64,000 nucleotides of DNA, taken from a virus (Duplodnaviria > Heunggongvirae > Uroviricota > Caudoviricetes). This document shows positions 9,484 through 18,920 of the stretch, piece after piece. The notes below the pieces were generated by a model. The model did no database searches and was not told the origin of the DNA. It saw nothing but the letters and a program-made list of their open reading frames with translations. The stretch lies in IMG/VR virus record IMGVR_UViG_3300012533_000005; one strand, given 5' to 3'. Within the stretch, counting starts at the first letter, position 1; each line of letters opens with the position of its first letter. The translations under genes and the position numbers were made by a program.

Positions 9484-10068
9484 ATGGAAGGTGAAAAAGA
9501 AGTGAACGGAAACGTTAATGATAATAATAAAGGTAAAAGTAATAAGAAGCCAAGTACCTATAAGGGTAAGAAGTTTGATAAGAAGTTTACGGGTAAAAAA
9601 TCGGAAGCAAACGACGTAACCGAAAGAAGGAATAAGCTTTTAATAAAGTTCTTCAGGTTGATTGATTTACCTGTTAGGCTTATTGGTGATGATGATAAAC
9701 CTGAAATGCTTTATAATGAGGAAGTTATTTTAAACGCTACGGTCAATAATTTTGAGTTGAATTTTACCGACTCACCAACATCAAATAATGTTGTTTACAC
9801 GGTTAAATTAAACGAGAACCCAAGATTTGATAAGAACAGAATATTACAGTTCCTTACCGAATACAAAGCAAGGGCTATATTCAAAGTGGCTCTAAAGACT
9901 ACACCTAAATTATATTTGGCAGGATATAACTTTCTGAATAAGGAGGAAAAATTAGGGCGTTATCCTGTTTTCTCAGGATATAATCCTAAGATTTACTTTA
10001 CTGAAGAAAAAGCAAAGGAAATAGTTAAGGAATTAATATCAGATGGGTATCAAGCTGTTTGTGAATAA
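9484..10068 (+). CDS. hypothetical protein (about 194 aa; Lys-rich N-terminus)
   Basis: ORF. The track start at 9481 is GTG; an ATG follows at 9484. Confidence 0.55.
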   Translation: MEGEKEVNGNVNDNNKGKSNKKPSTYKGKKFDKKFTGKKSEANDVTERRNKLLIKFFRLIDLPVRLIGDDDKPEMLYNEEVILNATVNNFELNFTDSPTSNNVVYTVKLNENPRFDKNRILQFLTEYKARAIFKVALKTTPKLYLAGYNFLNKEEKLGRYPVFSGYNPKIYFTEEKAKEIVKELISDGYQAVCE

Positions 10069-10097
10069 ACAATTAAATTAATCAAAAATAACCTATT

Positions 10098-10160
10098 CAG
10101 TTATTTTATAAAATAACCCAATTATTTTAAAAGATAATTCAGTTATTTTTAAAAATAACC
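10098..10160. promoter_or_regulatory. three tandem copies of the palindromic element
   Basis: cagttattttataaaataacc / caattattttaaaagataatt / cagttatttttaaaaataacc. Confidence 0.6.
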
Positions 10161-10183
10161 AAATCAAATAAAAACAATTCAAA

Positions 10184-10504
10184 ATGATACATTGTATTTG
10201 CGTAGATGATGCTAATAAGCCAAAAGAAATACCTGCCGAAAAGTGGGTTGAAAAAGGTAAAGAATACCATATTATTCACGTTTCCTTTCATCCTATGCAG
10301 GGTGGAATAAGAGGGGTAACATTAAGCGAGATTTCATTAGATGAAAAGTGTATGCCCTATGAAACATACAAGTTGAGTAGGTTCGCTATAAAATTAGAGG
10401 ATTACGGTAAGTTTATTGAACTTGCTGAAAGCTGTTCTGATTTATCAAAAATTGATATTCAAAAATTAATAGAGGAGTCAGAGTTACAGGTTGTAGAAAA
10501 TTAA
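10184..10504 (+). CDS. hypothetical protein (106 aa)
   Basis: ORF. Confidence 0.5.
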   Translation: MIHCICVDDANKPKEIPAEKWVEKGKEYHIIHVSFHPMQGGIRGVTLSEISLDEKCMPYETYKLSRFAIKLEDYGKFIELAESCSDLSKIDIQKLIEESELQVVEN

Positions 10505-10507
10505 TTT

Positions 10508-10529
10508 CAGTTATTTTATAAAATAATCG
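10508..10529. promoter_or_regulatory. 22-bp palindromic element copy
   Basis: Sequence cagttattttataaaataatcg. Confidence 0.6.
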
Positions 10530-10530
10530 T

Positions 10531-10842
10531 ATGACAAAACCAAAATCAAATAAAATCAAAATATTCTGTCGGAATGGTAAATCTGTTGAAGTAACCAAAA
10601 ATTATGTTGAGGGTATTAAGAAGCAGATGGTTCGTAAGATTAAAGCTGACAGGATTCAACACCCTGAGATTGCCGAGCTTTATTTCTATGGTATAGCTGA
10701 ATATTGCCATATTGAGGAAACGGGTAAAAACGTACTTGTTATAGAGTACGGAGATGCTCTATCCGCATTAGATAAGGATAAAAAAGGAAGGGTTTATGTA
10801 GAAGTTCCTATCAGGGTTAGACCAAGTAGAAAAAGTTGTTAG
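10531..10842 (+). CDS. hypothetical protein (103 aa)
   Basis: ORF. Confidence 0.5.
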   Translation: MTKPKSNKIKIFCRNGKSVEVTKNYVEGIKKQMVRKIKADRIQHPEIAELYFYGIAEYCHIEETGKNVLVIEYGDALSALDKDKKGRVYVEVPIRVRPSRKSC

Positions 10843-10882
10843 TTATTTTTAAAAATAACTCAGTTATTTTATAAAATAATCG
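10841..10882. promoter_or_regulatory. two tandem copies of the palindromic element
   Basis: agttatttttaaaaataact + cagttattttataaaataatcg. Confidence 0.6.
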
Positions 10883-10940
10883 TATCTTAGACAAACGAAT
10901 GAAAAACAAACCAAAATAAATCAAAATCAAATTAATCAAG

Positions 10941-11510
10941 TTGAGTAAATCTCATAATAATAAAGGTGGTAGTATTGCATCGAATGGTTATAAGCTAATT
11001 TATGTTGGTAAAGAACATCATTTATCAGATGTTAGGGGATATGCTTATGAACATAGAGTTGTTGCTGAAATAAAATACGGTAGACGATTATTACCAACAG
11101 AGGAAGTTCATCATAAAGACCATGATAAACTTAATAACTCACCTGAAAATTTAGAAATATCAGATTCAAAAAAACACCACAGGTTTCTTCATAGGGTGAA
11201 AGAATCTGATTTAAGATTACCTGATGAAGAAAATGTTTTAATTAAATGCAAGTGTGGTTGTGGTTCTGAATTTATGAGGTACGATTATAGTGGGCGACCA
11301 AGACTTTATATTTCAGGTCATAATCCATCTGACAATAGCGGTGAGAAATTTATTTTGGAACAAATAAAATTAGGTAATAATACAACAAAAGGAATACTTT
11401 ATAAGTATGGTAAAAATACAATAAAGACAATATTAAGCAGAATGGTTAAAGATGGTATAATTTCAAGGATTTCTTTAGGTATTTATAAATTGAAAACAAA
11501 TGAAGGATAG
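10941..11510 (+). CDS. HNH homing endonuclease
   Basis: GYAYEHRVVAEIKYGRRL...EEVHHKDHDKLNNSPENL, which is an HNH motif. The start is TTG. The Cys-rich C-terminus CKCGCGSEF is zinc-ribbon-like. Confidence 0.65.
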   Translation: MSKSHNNKGGSIASNGYKLIYVGKEHHLSDVRGYAYEHRVVAEIKYGRRLLPTEEVHHKDHDKLNNSPENLEISDSKKHHRFLHRVKESDLRLPDEENVLIKCKCGCGSEFMRYDYSGRPRLYISGHNPSDNSGEKFILEQIKLGNNTTKGILYKYGKNTIKTILSRMVKDGIISRISLGIYKLKTNEG

Positions 11511-12276
11511 TAAGATAGAATGGTGTACACACACTACAAATTTATGGCACGGATGTACTCATGCTCAAAGTATTGGATGTGATAATTGTTACGCTGAAGT
11601 TTTATCCCATAGGTGGGGTAAAAATGTTTGGGGTAATAATAATCCAAGACTTGAAACTAAAACTTGGGCTAAAGATTTAATTAAATATCAAAAAAAGGCT
11701 TTAGAATCAAATGACATACATAGTGTTTTTGTAGGCTCTATGATGGATATTTTTGAGAAAAGGATGCCATTGATAAATCATAAAGGTGAGAAGTTAGAGT
11801 ATGATACGAATGATTTAAGGGTTAAATTGTTTGAAGATATAATACCAATTACACCAAATTTACTGTATTTACTATTAACTAAAAGACCACCGAATATAAA
11901 TAAACAAATACCCGAATCATGGAAGTCAAATCCACCAAAAAATGTAATATTTGGAACAAGTCCTGTTAATCAAGAAACAGCAGATAGAATGATTCCACAG
12001 ATATTAGAGGTTAACGGTAATATATTTCTAAGCATAGAGCCTATGTTGGATAAGATAATTCTAAAACCTGAGTGGTTTAAATCAGGTAAAATAAAACAGA
12101 TTATCGTTGGTGGTGAGAGTGGACATGGTAAAAGACCTTTCAATCCTGATTGGGCAAGGTCTATTATGGCTCAATGTAAAGAGTTTAATGTCCCATTTTT
12201 TATGAAACAATGGGATAAAATACAGGAGATACCCGATGATTTAATGCTAAGAGAATTTCCTTCAGTTATTTTATAA
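11500..12276 (+). CDS. phage Gp37/Gp68-family (DUF5131-like) protein
   Basis: N-terminus IEWCTHTTNLWHGCTHAQSIGCDNCYAE matches the family's IEW...W.GC...GC..CYA signature. Confidence 0.55.
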   Translation: MKDSKIEWCTHTTNLWHGCTHAQSIGCDNCYAEVLSHRWGKNVWGNNNPRLETKTWAKDLIKYQKKALESNDIHSVFVGSMMDIFEKRMPLINHKGEKLEYDTNDLRVKLFEDIIPITPNLLYLLLTKRPPNINKQIPESWKSNPPKNVIFGTSPVNQETADRMIPQILEVNGNIFLSIEPMLDKIILKPEWFKSGKIKQIIVGGESGHGKRPFNPDWARSIMAQCKEFNVPFFMKQWDKIQEIPDDLMLREFPSVIL

Positions 12277-12283
12277 AATAACC
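12263..12283. promoter_or_regulatory. 22-bp palindromic element copy overlapping the last five codons of the upstream gene
   Basis: Sequence cagttattttataaaataacc. The stop TAA at 12274-12276 lies within the element. Confidence 0.55.
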
Positions 12284-12300
12284 AAAACAAATAAATTAAA

Positions 12301-12531
12301 ATGGAATTAAATAAAGAAGAATTTAATTGGACAGGAAAAGCCATAGTAGGAATGGCATTGATTATTCAGGGAGGTAGTATTGATAGCTTTGGTAATCAGA
12401 TAAAAAGCGACATATATTATGAGGTTGGAAAACATAAAGAGAGTGGAATGGTAGCAATACTGCCGACGGATAGAAATCAAAAACATGAATTTATTAATGA
12501 AGTTATGAAAAGTCAAAATAAGTTTAATTAA
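12301..12531 (+). CDS. hypothetical protein (76 aa)
   Basis: ORF. Confidence 0.45.
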   Translation: MELNKEEFNWTGKAIVGMALIIQGGSIDSFGNQIKSDIYYEVGKHKESGMVAILPTDRNQKHEFINEVMKSQNKFN

Positions 12532-12536
12532 TTATT

Positions 12537-12578
12537 CAGTTATTTTATAAAATAATTCAGTTATTTTTAAAAATAACC
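12537..12578. promoter_or_regulatory. two tandem copies of the palindromic element
   Basis: cagttattttataaaataatt + cagttatttttaaaaataacc. Confidence 0.6.
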
Positions 12579-12610
12579 AAACCAAAATAAATCAAACAAA
12601 ATAAATCAAA

Positions 12611-12841
12611 ATGAAATCAACAATATTAATAACTCCGACAACCAACATTGTAAATATGGCTGTGGTTGATAATAGTAAGGTCGAGAAGCGTACATACGAT
12701 TCTGATATGGATGTTTTTACCTTTTATAATGTAAAGCGAGAACATACACGGAAGGCAAACCTAATGGATGTTTCCCTTTACGATGATGTTATTGTAGAAA
12801 ATGATGTTCATTATAAGATATTACAAATGTTATCAAAATAA
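12611..12841 (+). CDS. hypothetical protein (76 aa)
   Basis: ORF with the AAATAAATCAAAATG leader. Confidence 0.5.
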   Translation: MKSTILITPTTNIVNMAVVDNSKVEKRTYDSDMDVFTFYNVKREHTRKANLMDVSLYDDVIVENDVHYKILQMLSK

Positions 12842-12851
12842 ATCAATCAAT

Positions 12852-13049
12852 ATGAACGCAGATTTAGTAGGGGCTTTAGAGCAACTTGAAGAAAGTTGGA
12901 AAGCTTTTGAACACAAAGGGAAGCCAATGACAAAAGAGCAGGTTAGAAAGACACTTGTTTATGGGATTAGGAAAGGTTATAAACATACAGGTGAATTAAC
13001 CGATGAAGATGTTGATTGTGCTTTATTAGATAATAATCAAACGAAATAA
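12852..13049 (+). CDS. hypothetical protein (66 aa; start trimmed)
   Basis: The track ORF 12801-13049 overlaps the upstream gene. MNADLVG at 12852 follows an AAATCAATCAATATG leader. Confidence 0.45.
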   Translation: MNADLVGALEQLEESWKAFEHKGKPMTKEQVRKTLVYGIRKGYKHTGELTDEDVDCALLDNNQTK

Positions 13050-13055
13050 ATCAAA

Positions 13056-13526
13056 ATGAATAAGTCGGTATTAATTCAAAAAATAATAAACGTATGCACT
13101 CTTTTGTCAGAAAAGGAGTTTGTTAACATTGATGGTGCTGAAAAAATTATATTTGATTTAGTAGATGAATACTATTCAAATAAGAGTGAGTATGAACCTA
13201 AACCAAAACAAAAAGGGCTACCGTTATTGATTTCAGTTGGTGGTAAAAATGTTCCGAGAGAAAGGGTAATTGCGTTTTGGAAAGAGAAGCATAGGGTTTT
13301 CCCGTACTTTACATTTCATAACTGTTGGACATTTAAAAAAGAGTTCCCTTTTATCCGAAAATTCAGTTCACCTGTTTGGGGTCGGAAAGAGTTGAGTTGT
13401 TTGGCTATTCAGTTAGATAATGGTAAAATAATTCGCCAATGGTTTAAGCACGGTAGTTATAGTAGTCATACATATTGTGAGCAGGGTTTAGCAAGTTTTA
13501 TAAGAAATAATTATCCAACAAATTAA
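13056..13526 (+). CDS. hypothetical protein (156 aa)
   Basis: ORF. Confidence 0.5.
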   Translation: MNKSVLIQKIINVCTLLSEKEFVNIDGAEKIIFDLVDEYYSNKSEYEPKPKQKGLPLLISVGGKNVPRERVIAFWKEKHRVFPYFTFHNCWTFKKEFPFIRKFSSPVWGRKELSCLAIQLDNGKIIRQWFKHGSYSSHTYCEQGLASFIRNNYPTN

Positions 13527-13538
13527 AATAAATAAATT

Positions 13539-14057
13539 ATGAGTTACATAGTAGTAGATGTTGAATCAGACGGAGCAATACCACACAAATTTTCAATGGT
13601 GTGTTTTGGGGCTGTTATTGTTGAACCAACATTATCAAAAACATTTTACGGAAAGGTAAAGCCTATTTCAAGTGAATGGAATCCTGAAGCACTTGCTATA
13701 AGTGGTTTTAGTAGAGAAGAACACGAATCATTTGACGACCCGAAAGAGGTTATGGAAAAATTCGCTAAATGGGTTTCTGAAAATTCAGTAGGAAAGCCAA
13801 TATTTATAACAGATAATCCTGCATACGATTGGAGTTTCATAAACTATTACTTCCATTATTATTTGGGTAAAAACCCGTTTGGTTTCTCTGCCCGTAGAAT
13901 CGGTGATTTGTATTGTGGAATGGTTAAGGATAGTACCGCACAATGGAAATGGCTCAGAAAAACTAAGCACGACCATCATCCTGTAAATGATGCAAAAGGT
14001 AATGCTGAAGCTTTATTGGAAATGAAAAAAATGGGTTTAAAAATTGATTTTAAATAA
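13539..14057 (+). CDS. DEDDh-type 3'-5' exonuclease (DnaQ/RNase T-like)
   Basis: Exo I motif VVDVESDG and Exo III-like motif HHPVNDAKGNAEALL. Confidence 0.55.
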   Translation: MSYIVVDVESDGAIPHKFSMVCFGAVIVEPTLSKTFYGKVKPISSEWNPEALAISGFSREEHESFDDPKEVMEKFAKWVSENSVGKPIFITDNPAYDWSFINYYFHYYLGKNPFGFSARRIGDLYCGMVKDSTAQWKWLRKTKHDHHPVNDAKGNAEALLEMKKMGLKIDFK

Positions 14058-14075
14058 TGTTAAATACTTAAAATA

Positions 14076-14585
14076 ATGAAATTAATTCCTCTAAGTGGTA
14101 AACACGGTATTGGTAAATTCGCTCAAGTAGATGATGATGATTATGAGCATCTAATGAAGTGGAAATGGCATATATCAGGTCGGTATATTAGACGATGGCG
14201 TAAAAAAGAAGATGTTGGAAAATCATCCTATATTCTAATGCACAGGTATATAGTTGGTCTGTATGATGATAAAAAAGTTTGCGACCATAAAGACCGTAAT
14301 ATTTTAAATTGTCAAAAATCAAATCTAAGAATATGTACACAATTAGAGAATAGTAGGAACAGGAGTGGATTCGGTAAATCAAAGTATTTAGGCGTTAACG
14401 CTCATATTAGAAGGCATAATGGAAAGGAATATAAAAGCTTTAATGTTTCTATATATTATAATAAAAAAATAAAACATTTAGGTACTTTTCCATTTACTTC
14501 TGAAGGAGAAATTTTAGGTGCTAAATGTTATGATGAATCAGCCAAAATTTATTTTGGAGAGTTTGCAAATTTAAACTTTAAATAA
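14076..14585 (+). CDS. HNH homing endonuclease (HNH_3 type with AP2-like C-terminal domain)
   Basis: MHRYIVGLYDDKKVCDHKDRNILNCQKSNLRICTQLENSRN, followed by YLGVNAH...GKEYKSFNVSIYYNKKIKHLGTF, which is AP2-like. Confidence 0.6.
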   Translation: MKLIPLSGKHGIGKFAQVDDDDYEHLMKWKWHISGRYIRRWRKKEDVGKSSYILMHRYIVGLYDDKKVCDHKDRNILNCQKSNLRICTQLENSRNRSGFGKSKYLGVNAHIRRHNGKEYKSFNVSIYYNKKIKHLGTFPFTSEGEILGAKCYDESAKIYFGEFANLNFK

Positions 14586-14608
14586 CCACATAAAAAAAAT
14601 AAAATAAT

Positions 14609-14962
14609 ATGTTTAAGACAACAGAAGAAGTAATTGAAAACATTAGCCCTATACTAAATCAGGCATTAAATGTAGCTGAAAATAGACACTTTGGGTTAGG
14701 GATAGTCCGAGTTTATTATGCAGGTGGAACATTGTGTATTGATATACACGATAAATCAAAAATGGCATTTGTGCTTATGGTAAACATAAATGGAGAAGAA
14801 TTTAATGTTATTGAAAGTGATATCCTTAAAGAAACAAGAAGGTTATTACCTATAAATGCTCTAAAGACTGCATTTTTAATTTACGAAAAAACAAAAGGAA
14901 AAACCGAATACTTTAATGAGTGTTTTAATAATTCTTGTTTAAGGCATTTACAAACCACTTGA
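14609..14962 (+). CDS. hypothetical protein (117 aa)
   Basis: ORF. Confidence 0.5.
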   Translation: MFKTTEEVIENISPILNQALNVAENRHFGLGIVRVYYAGGTLCIDIHDKSKMAFVLMVNINGEEFNVIESDILKETRRLLPINALKTAFLIYEKTKGKTEYFNECFNNSCLRHLQTT

Positions 14963-14973
14963 AATTAAATCAA

Positions 14974-15213
14974 ATGAAAAATAAAACACCAATACAGGAT
15001 ATGATTGATTGGCTTGAAGAAGTTGAAGCACCTTCAGGTATAATAAAACAAGCAAAATCATTGTTAGAAAAAGAAAAAAAGATGATAATAAAAACATATC
15101 TTGACAGTCAGAATCAGATGTTAATGATTTTAGAACCTAATGGCGTTGAATCAATAAATACAGAAGAAGGAGAGTTATATTATAAAAGCAATTTTGAACA
15201 AATAAATAATTAA
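14974..15213 (+). CDS. hypothetical protein (about 79 aa; start trimmed to the MKNKT leader)
   Basis: AAATTAAATCAAATG leader at 14960-14976. Confidence 0.45.
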   Translation: MKNKTPIQDMIDWLEEVEAPSGIIKQAKSLLEKEKKMIIKTYLDSQNQMLMILEPNGVESINTEEGELYYKSNFEQINN

Positions 15214-15216
15214 CCA

Positions 15217-15408
15217 ATGGGAGTTATAATTATTTTATTAATAATACTTGTTTTAGGTTTAGCTTTTGGTGGAAAAGAAAAGCCATCTAACTTACCTTCG
15301 TTTACAAAATATGAGGCTGAACAATATTATTATAATGAACTAAAACCACTAATAGATAATCAAAAAAATAAATCAAATAATAACAAACCAAAAAATCAGA
15401 AAAAATGA
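15217..15408 (+). CDS. small membrane protein (63 aa, one TM)
   Basis: Hydrophobic N-terminus VIIILLIILVLGLAFGG. Confidence 0.4.
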   Translation: MGVIIILLIILVLGLAFGGKEKPSNLPSFTKYEAEQYYYNELKPLIDNQKNKSNNNKPKNQKK

Positions 15409-15968
15409 AAACAAAAACAATCGTAGCACTATCATCATTAATATTAATTGCTGTAATAGCATTAATTTGGTTCAGTATGTCAGTATCAACAACCAATAGG
15501 GAAATTGACTTACGAACAACAACAATGGCTCAACAAACAAAATGCGAAGCTTATTTTGATAAAATGTGGAAGATTTTAAAAACACAAGCAGATGTTGCAG
15601 ACCAATATAAAAAAGCATTTGAGGAAATTTATCCTAAACTAATTGAAGGTCGTTACTCTAAAGGTGATGGCTCTTTAATGAAATGGATTACAGAACACAA
15701 TCCTGAATTTAAAACAAATATGTACGAAAAAGTAATGCAATCAATAGAAATTGAACGTACAGGTTATTTTAATGAGCAAACCCGTTTGATTGATATGCAA
15801 CGTGAACACTCAGCATTACTACAAAAAATACCTTCAAAATGGTTCTTAAACGATACCTTAAAACCAATTCATATTATCATTGTAACATCAGCAAACACTA
15901 AGGAAGCTTATATTACGGGTGAGGAAAATGATGTAGATTTATTTAAAAAAGATACAGCTAAAAAATAA
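15405..15968 (+). CDS. membrane-anchored protein (187 aa, N-terminal TM)
   Basis: Hydrophobic segment IVALSSLILIAVIALIWF. Confidence 0.5.
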   Translation: MKTKTIVALSSLILIAVIALIWFSMSVSTTNREIDLRTTTMAQQTKCEAYFDKMWKILKTQADVADQYKKAFEEIYPKLIEGRYSKGDGSLMKWITEHNPEFKTNMYEKVMQSIEIERTGYFNEQTRLIDMQREHSALLQKIPSKWFLNDTLKPIHIIIVTSANTKEAYITGEENDVDLFKKDTAKK

Positions 15969-15973
15969 AATTT

Positions 15974-17134
15974 ATGGCTTGGATAGGAATCTTCATACCT
16001 GTTGTAGTCGCAATACTACTTTTAATCTTCTTCCGTAAATCGGTTACGTTTTGGGAAGTTGGGCTTTTGATAGCACCTTCAGCATTATTGATTTTGATTA
16101 TGAACCTTATTATGGTTTCATCAAACGAAAGTGATACTGAGTATTTAGGTAGTTATATTACTAAAGTTGCTTATTATCAAGCTTGGGATGAAGAAGTTTC
16201 CTGCCGACACTCTTACGATTGCCATTGTAGTACGGATAAAGATGGGCGTAAATCCTGTTCAACCTGTTATGAACACGCATACGACGTAGATTACCACCCT
16301 GAACATTGGACAAAGGTAAGTAACACGGGTGCTGAATATGAAATAAGTAAACAAAGCTTTTTGGAATTACAGAAACAATTTGCCACTCAGCCTTATTTTG
16401 TGGAGTTAAACCGTGATTACCACTCTATTGACGGGGATGCTTATTATACGGATTGGAATAAAAAACCCGAAACATCTGATATTGTAACTACCGAACACAC
16501 CTACAAAAATAAAGTACAAGCATCAAAGTCAATATTCAAGTTTGATGTTATTGATGAAAAGGCTAAAAAGGATTGGAAGTTATACGATTATCCTAAGAAG
16601 CTGTGGTTGTATCAACCAATGGTTTTAGGTCGTGGAGTTGATTATAATACCGATAAAAAGCTTCAGTATTTGAACGGTTATTATGGTGTTAACAAGCAAT
16701 TCCGTATGTACATTTTATTCTTTAAAAATCAAAGCGTTGAAGTTGCATTTAAACAGCGTTCTTATTGGGAAGGTGGTAATAAAAATGAATTTGTTGTTTG
16801 TGTTGGAACGGATGATTTTGGTAAGTATAAATGGTGTAAATGCTTTAGTTGGATGGATAAACCTGATTTAGAAGTAAGGGTTGAGGGTTGGTTTAACGAC
16901 GACAAAAACAATAAACCTATTGAATTAAATAAATTTGCAGATTGGATGCCAAAACAAATTGAGCAACATTGGCAAAGGAAGCGTTTTAGGGATTTTGAAT
17001 ACCTTGATGTTGAAATATCGGGTACTCAAATGATGTGGATTTTAATCATCGTAGGGATATACAATATCGGTATGGCTATTTGGGTTATTGTTAATGAGTT
17101 TACAAACGAAACAAATGGAAGAAAAAGATATTAA
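15974..17134 (+). CDS. Cys-rich integral membrane protein (386 aa)
   Basis: N-terminal and C-terminal TM segments. Cys cluster CRHSYDCHCSTDKDGRKSCSTCYEH. Confidence 0.55.
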   Translation: MAWIGIFIPVVVAILLLIFFRKSVTFWEVGLLIAPSALLILIMNLIMVSSNESDTEYLGSYITKVAYYQAWDEEVSCRHSYDCHCSTDKDGRKSCSTCYEHAYDVDYHPEHWTKVSNTGAEYEISKQSFLELQKQFATQPYFVELNRDYHSIDGDAYYTDWNKKPETSDIVTTEHTYKNKVQASKSIFKFDVIDEKAKKDWKLYDYPKKLWLYQPMVLGRGVDYNTDKKLQYLNGYYGVNKQFRMYILFFKNQSVEVAFKQRSYWEGGNKNEFVVCVGTDDFGKYKWCKCFSWMDKPDLEVRVEGWFNDDKNNKPIELNKFADWMPKQIEQHWQRKRFRDFEYLDVEISGTQMMWILIIVGIYNIGMAIWVIVNEFTNETNGRKRY

Positions 17135-17405
17135 AGAGCTTGAAAATCACTTTAAAGCTATTGATGATTATTTTAAAAGTGTAGTTAAATCACCGAGATT
17201 TAAAAATCCTCAATTTCAAATAGAGGTTTTTGATGTGTATTGCGAAAACACTTATAGGGTTTTTAAACCTACAAAAAAGCTACTTGTTTTTTATAAGACA
17301 AAAAAAGACTTACCGAATGATATTGTATATGGAGAACAGCCTTATAAATTTTATAACATTACAGAAGAACAGGTTAAAAAACTTGAAAATTATTATTATT
17401 CTTAA
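17118..17405 (+). CDS. hypothetical protein (about 96 aa; start uncertain)
   Basis: The track ORF starts at TTG 17088 and overlaps the upstream gene. There are internal ATGs at 17094 and 17118. Confidence 0.4.
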   Translation, partial: EEKDIKELENHFKAIDDYFKSVVKSPRFKNPQFQIEVFDVYCENTYRVFKPTKKLLVFYKTKKDLPNDIVYGEQPYKFYNITEEQVKKLENYYYS

Positions 17406-17407
17406 TT

Positions 17408-17683
17408 ATGAAAAAATCTGAAGAAATAGATAGTTTGGCTGAAAAAGAATTTCCAAAAAATCACATTGATAAATATACAAGTTATAACGATAATTCATTT
17501 AGGCGACAAGGGTTTAAAAGTGGATATATTAAATGTCAAGAAGATAATATTGAAAGAAAATATACTGATAAGGATTTAACTAATTTTTATTACAGAGCAG
17601 GTAGAATTGGAGTTGAAAACGCACTTAAAGAATTTAAATATTTAAACTCTCTTAGTATAGATACAGATGTAATATTCCCTTAA
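17408..17683 (+). CDS. tandem paralog 1 of 5 (small protein family with G(F/Y)xxGYxxCQ(E/Q)DN and KK(Y/F)T(x)(D/E)D motifs)
   Basis: MKKSEEIDSLAEKEF...GFKSGYIKCQEDN...KYTDKDLTNFYY. Confidence 0.55.
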   Translation: MKKSEEIDSLAEKEFPKNHIDKYTSYNDNSFRRQGFKSGYIKCQEDNIERKYTDKDLTNFYYRAGRIGVENALKEFKYLNSLSIDTDVIFP

Positions 17684-17693
17684 TAAATAAATT

Positions 17694-18005
17694 ATGAAAA
17701 ACCCCGAAGAAATAAAAAAAATAGCTGAAGATTATGCCAATAATGAATTATCAATTTACCCTGATAAATCTGAAAACCTATCACAAGATGAAATACACAG
17801 AATTAAAACCGTTGTTTTTTCTCACTCTTACATTGGTTTTAAAAATGGTTACACTCAATGCCAACAAGATAATGCTGATAAGAAATATACGGAAGAAGAT
17901 ATGGTAGCATTTGCTTATCAGTTTTCAAGTATAAATGTTTCTGATTTTAGAAAACATTTAAAAGATTTTGATTTAAACCTAAAAGAAAAAAACAAACAAG
18001 ACTAA
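17694..18005 (+). CDS. tandem paralog 2 of 5
   Basis: MKNPEEIKKIAEDY...GFKNGYTQCQQDN...KKYTEEDMVAFAY. Confidence 0.55.
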   Translation: MKNPEEIKKIAEDYANNELSIYPDKSENLSQDEIHRIKTVVFSHSYIGFKNGYTQCQQDNADKKYTEEDMVAFAYQFSSINVSDFRKHLKDFDLNLKEKNKQD

Positions 18006-18370
18006 TGGAAACACCTGAAGAAATTAAAGAAACAGCCATTGAACTTTTCTCTGTAATGAGTGGTATTCCAAGAGATAAAGATGGTGATGTTGTTAACGCT
18101 ATGCGTGGCAACTTTATAACAGGTTATATTAATGCGTACACTAAATGCCAAGAAGATAATTCTAATTTGATTAAAAATCAAACAAAAACTATTGGTTATA
18201 TGCACGAAGAAATAAGGAAACTTAATGAGCAATTAAGTAATACTGATAAAAAGTACACATTAGATGATATGAAAAAAGCTTGTGCTGTTGGAATTGATAT
18301 AGTAAACAAAGAAGGGGAAAATAATTTTCAGCCATTTGAGGATTTAATAAACTCACTAAACAAAAAATAA
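18005..18370 (+). CDS. tandem paralog 3 of 5
   Basis: METPEEIKETAIEL...GYINAYTKCQEDN...KKYTLDDMKKACAVG. Confidence 0.55.
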   Translation: METPEEIKETAIELFSVMSGIPRDKDGDVVNAMRGNFITGYINAYTKCQEDNSNLIKNQTKTIGYMHEEIRKLNEQLSNTDKKYTLDDMKKACAVGIDIVNKEGENNFQPFEDLINSLNKK

Positions 18371-18372
18371 TA

Positions 18373-18663
18373 ATGGATAAAGAAAAAAAGCTTCAGGATG
18401 AAGCTATAAATATATCACATAGACAACTCAGTTTTTTCACGCCAAGAAAAGGGTATGAACCCGATTCTAACATTATTCAATGTATGGTTGATTTTGCAAA
18501 GTCAGATATTGTAAAAGAATATCATAATAATGATAAGAAATTTACTTTGGATAATATTAAAAAAGCTATTATTTATGGACACGATAAATCCACAGAAGGA
18601 GAATATTTATCAAGAGTACTTAAAAATTCAGATGAATTTATACAATCATTAAAAAAACAATAA
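18373..18663 (+). CDS. tandem paralog 4 of 5 (divergent)
   Basis: KKFTLDNIKKAIIYG motif retained. Same size and position in the array. Confidence 0.5.
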   Translation: MDKEKKLQDEAINISHRQLSFFTPRKGYEPDSNIIQCMVDFAKSDIVKEYHNNDKKFTLDNIKKAIIYGHDKSTEGEYLSRVLKNSDEFIQSLKKQ

Positions 18664-18665
18664 AA

Positions 18666-18914
18666 ATGAAACCACACGAAGAAATAGAAAAATTAGCTAA
18701 AGACTCAATATTTACAGAGCAAGGACAAGTTGGATTTGTTATCGGTTATAACCGTTGTTTGAAAGATAATTCCGAAAGTACATTTACGGATGAAGATATA
18801 AGAACAGCTTTCTTTCAGGGTTTTGTTGTAAAATCAACACTCAAAAAAAACGAAAGTATTGATAAAGCCTTTAATGATTTTCTTCAAATATTAAAAAACT
18901 CTAAAATTAAGTAA
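18666..18914 (+). CDS. tandem paralog 5 of 5
   Basis: MKPHEEIEKLAKDS...GYNRCLKDNSESTFTDEDIRTAFFQG. Confidence 0.5.
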   Translation: MKPHEEIEKLAKDSIFTEQGQVGFVIGYNRCLKDNSESTFTDEDIRTAFFQGFVVKSTLKKNESIDKAFNDFLQILKNSKIK

Positions 18915-18920
18915 ATCAAC

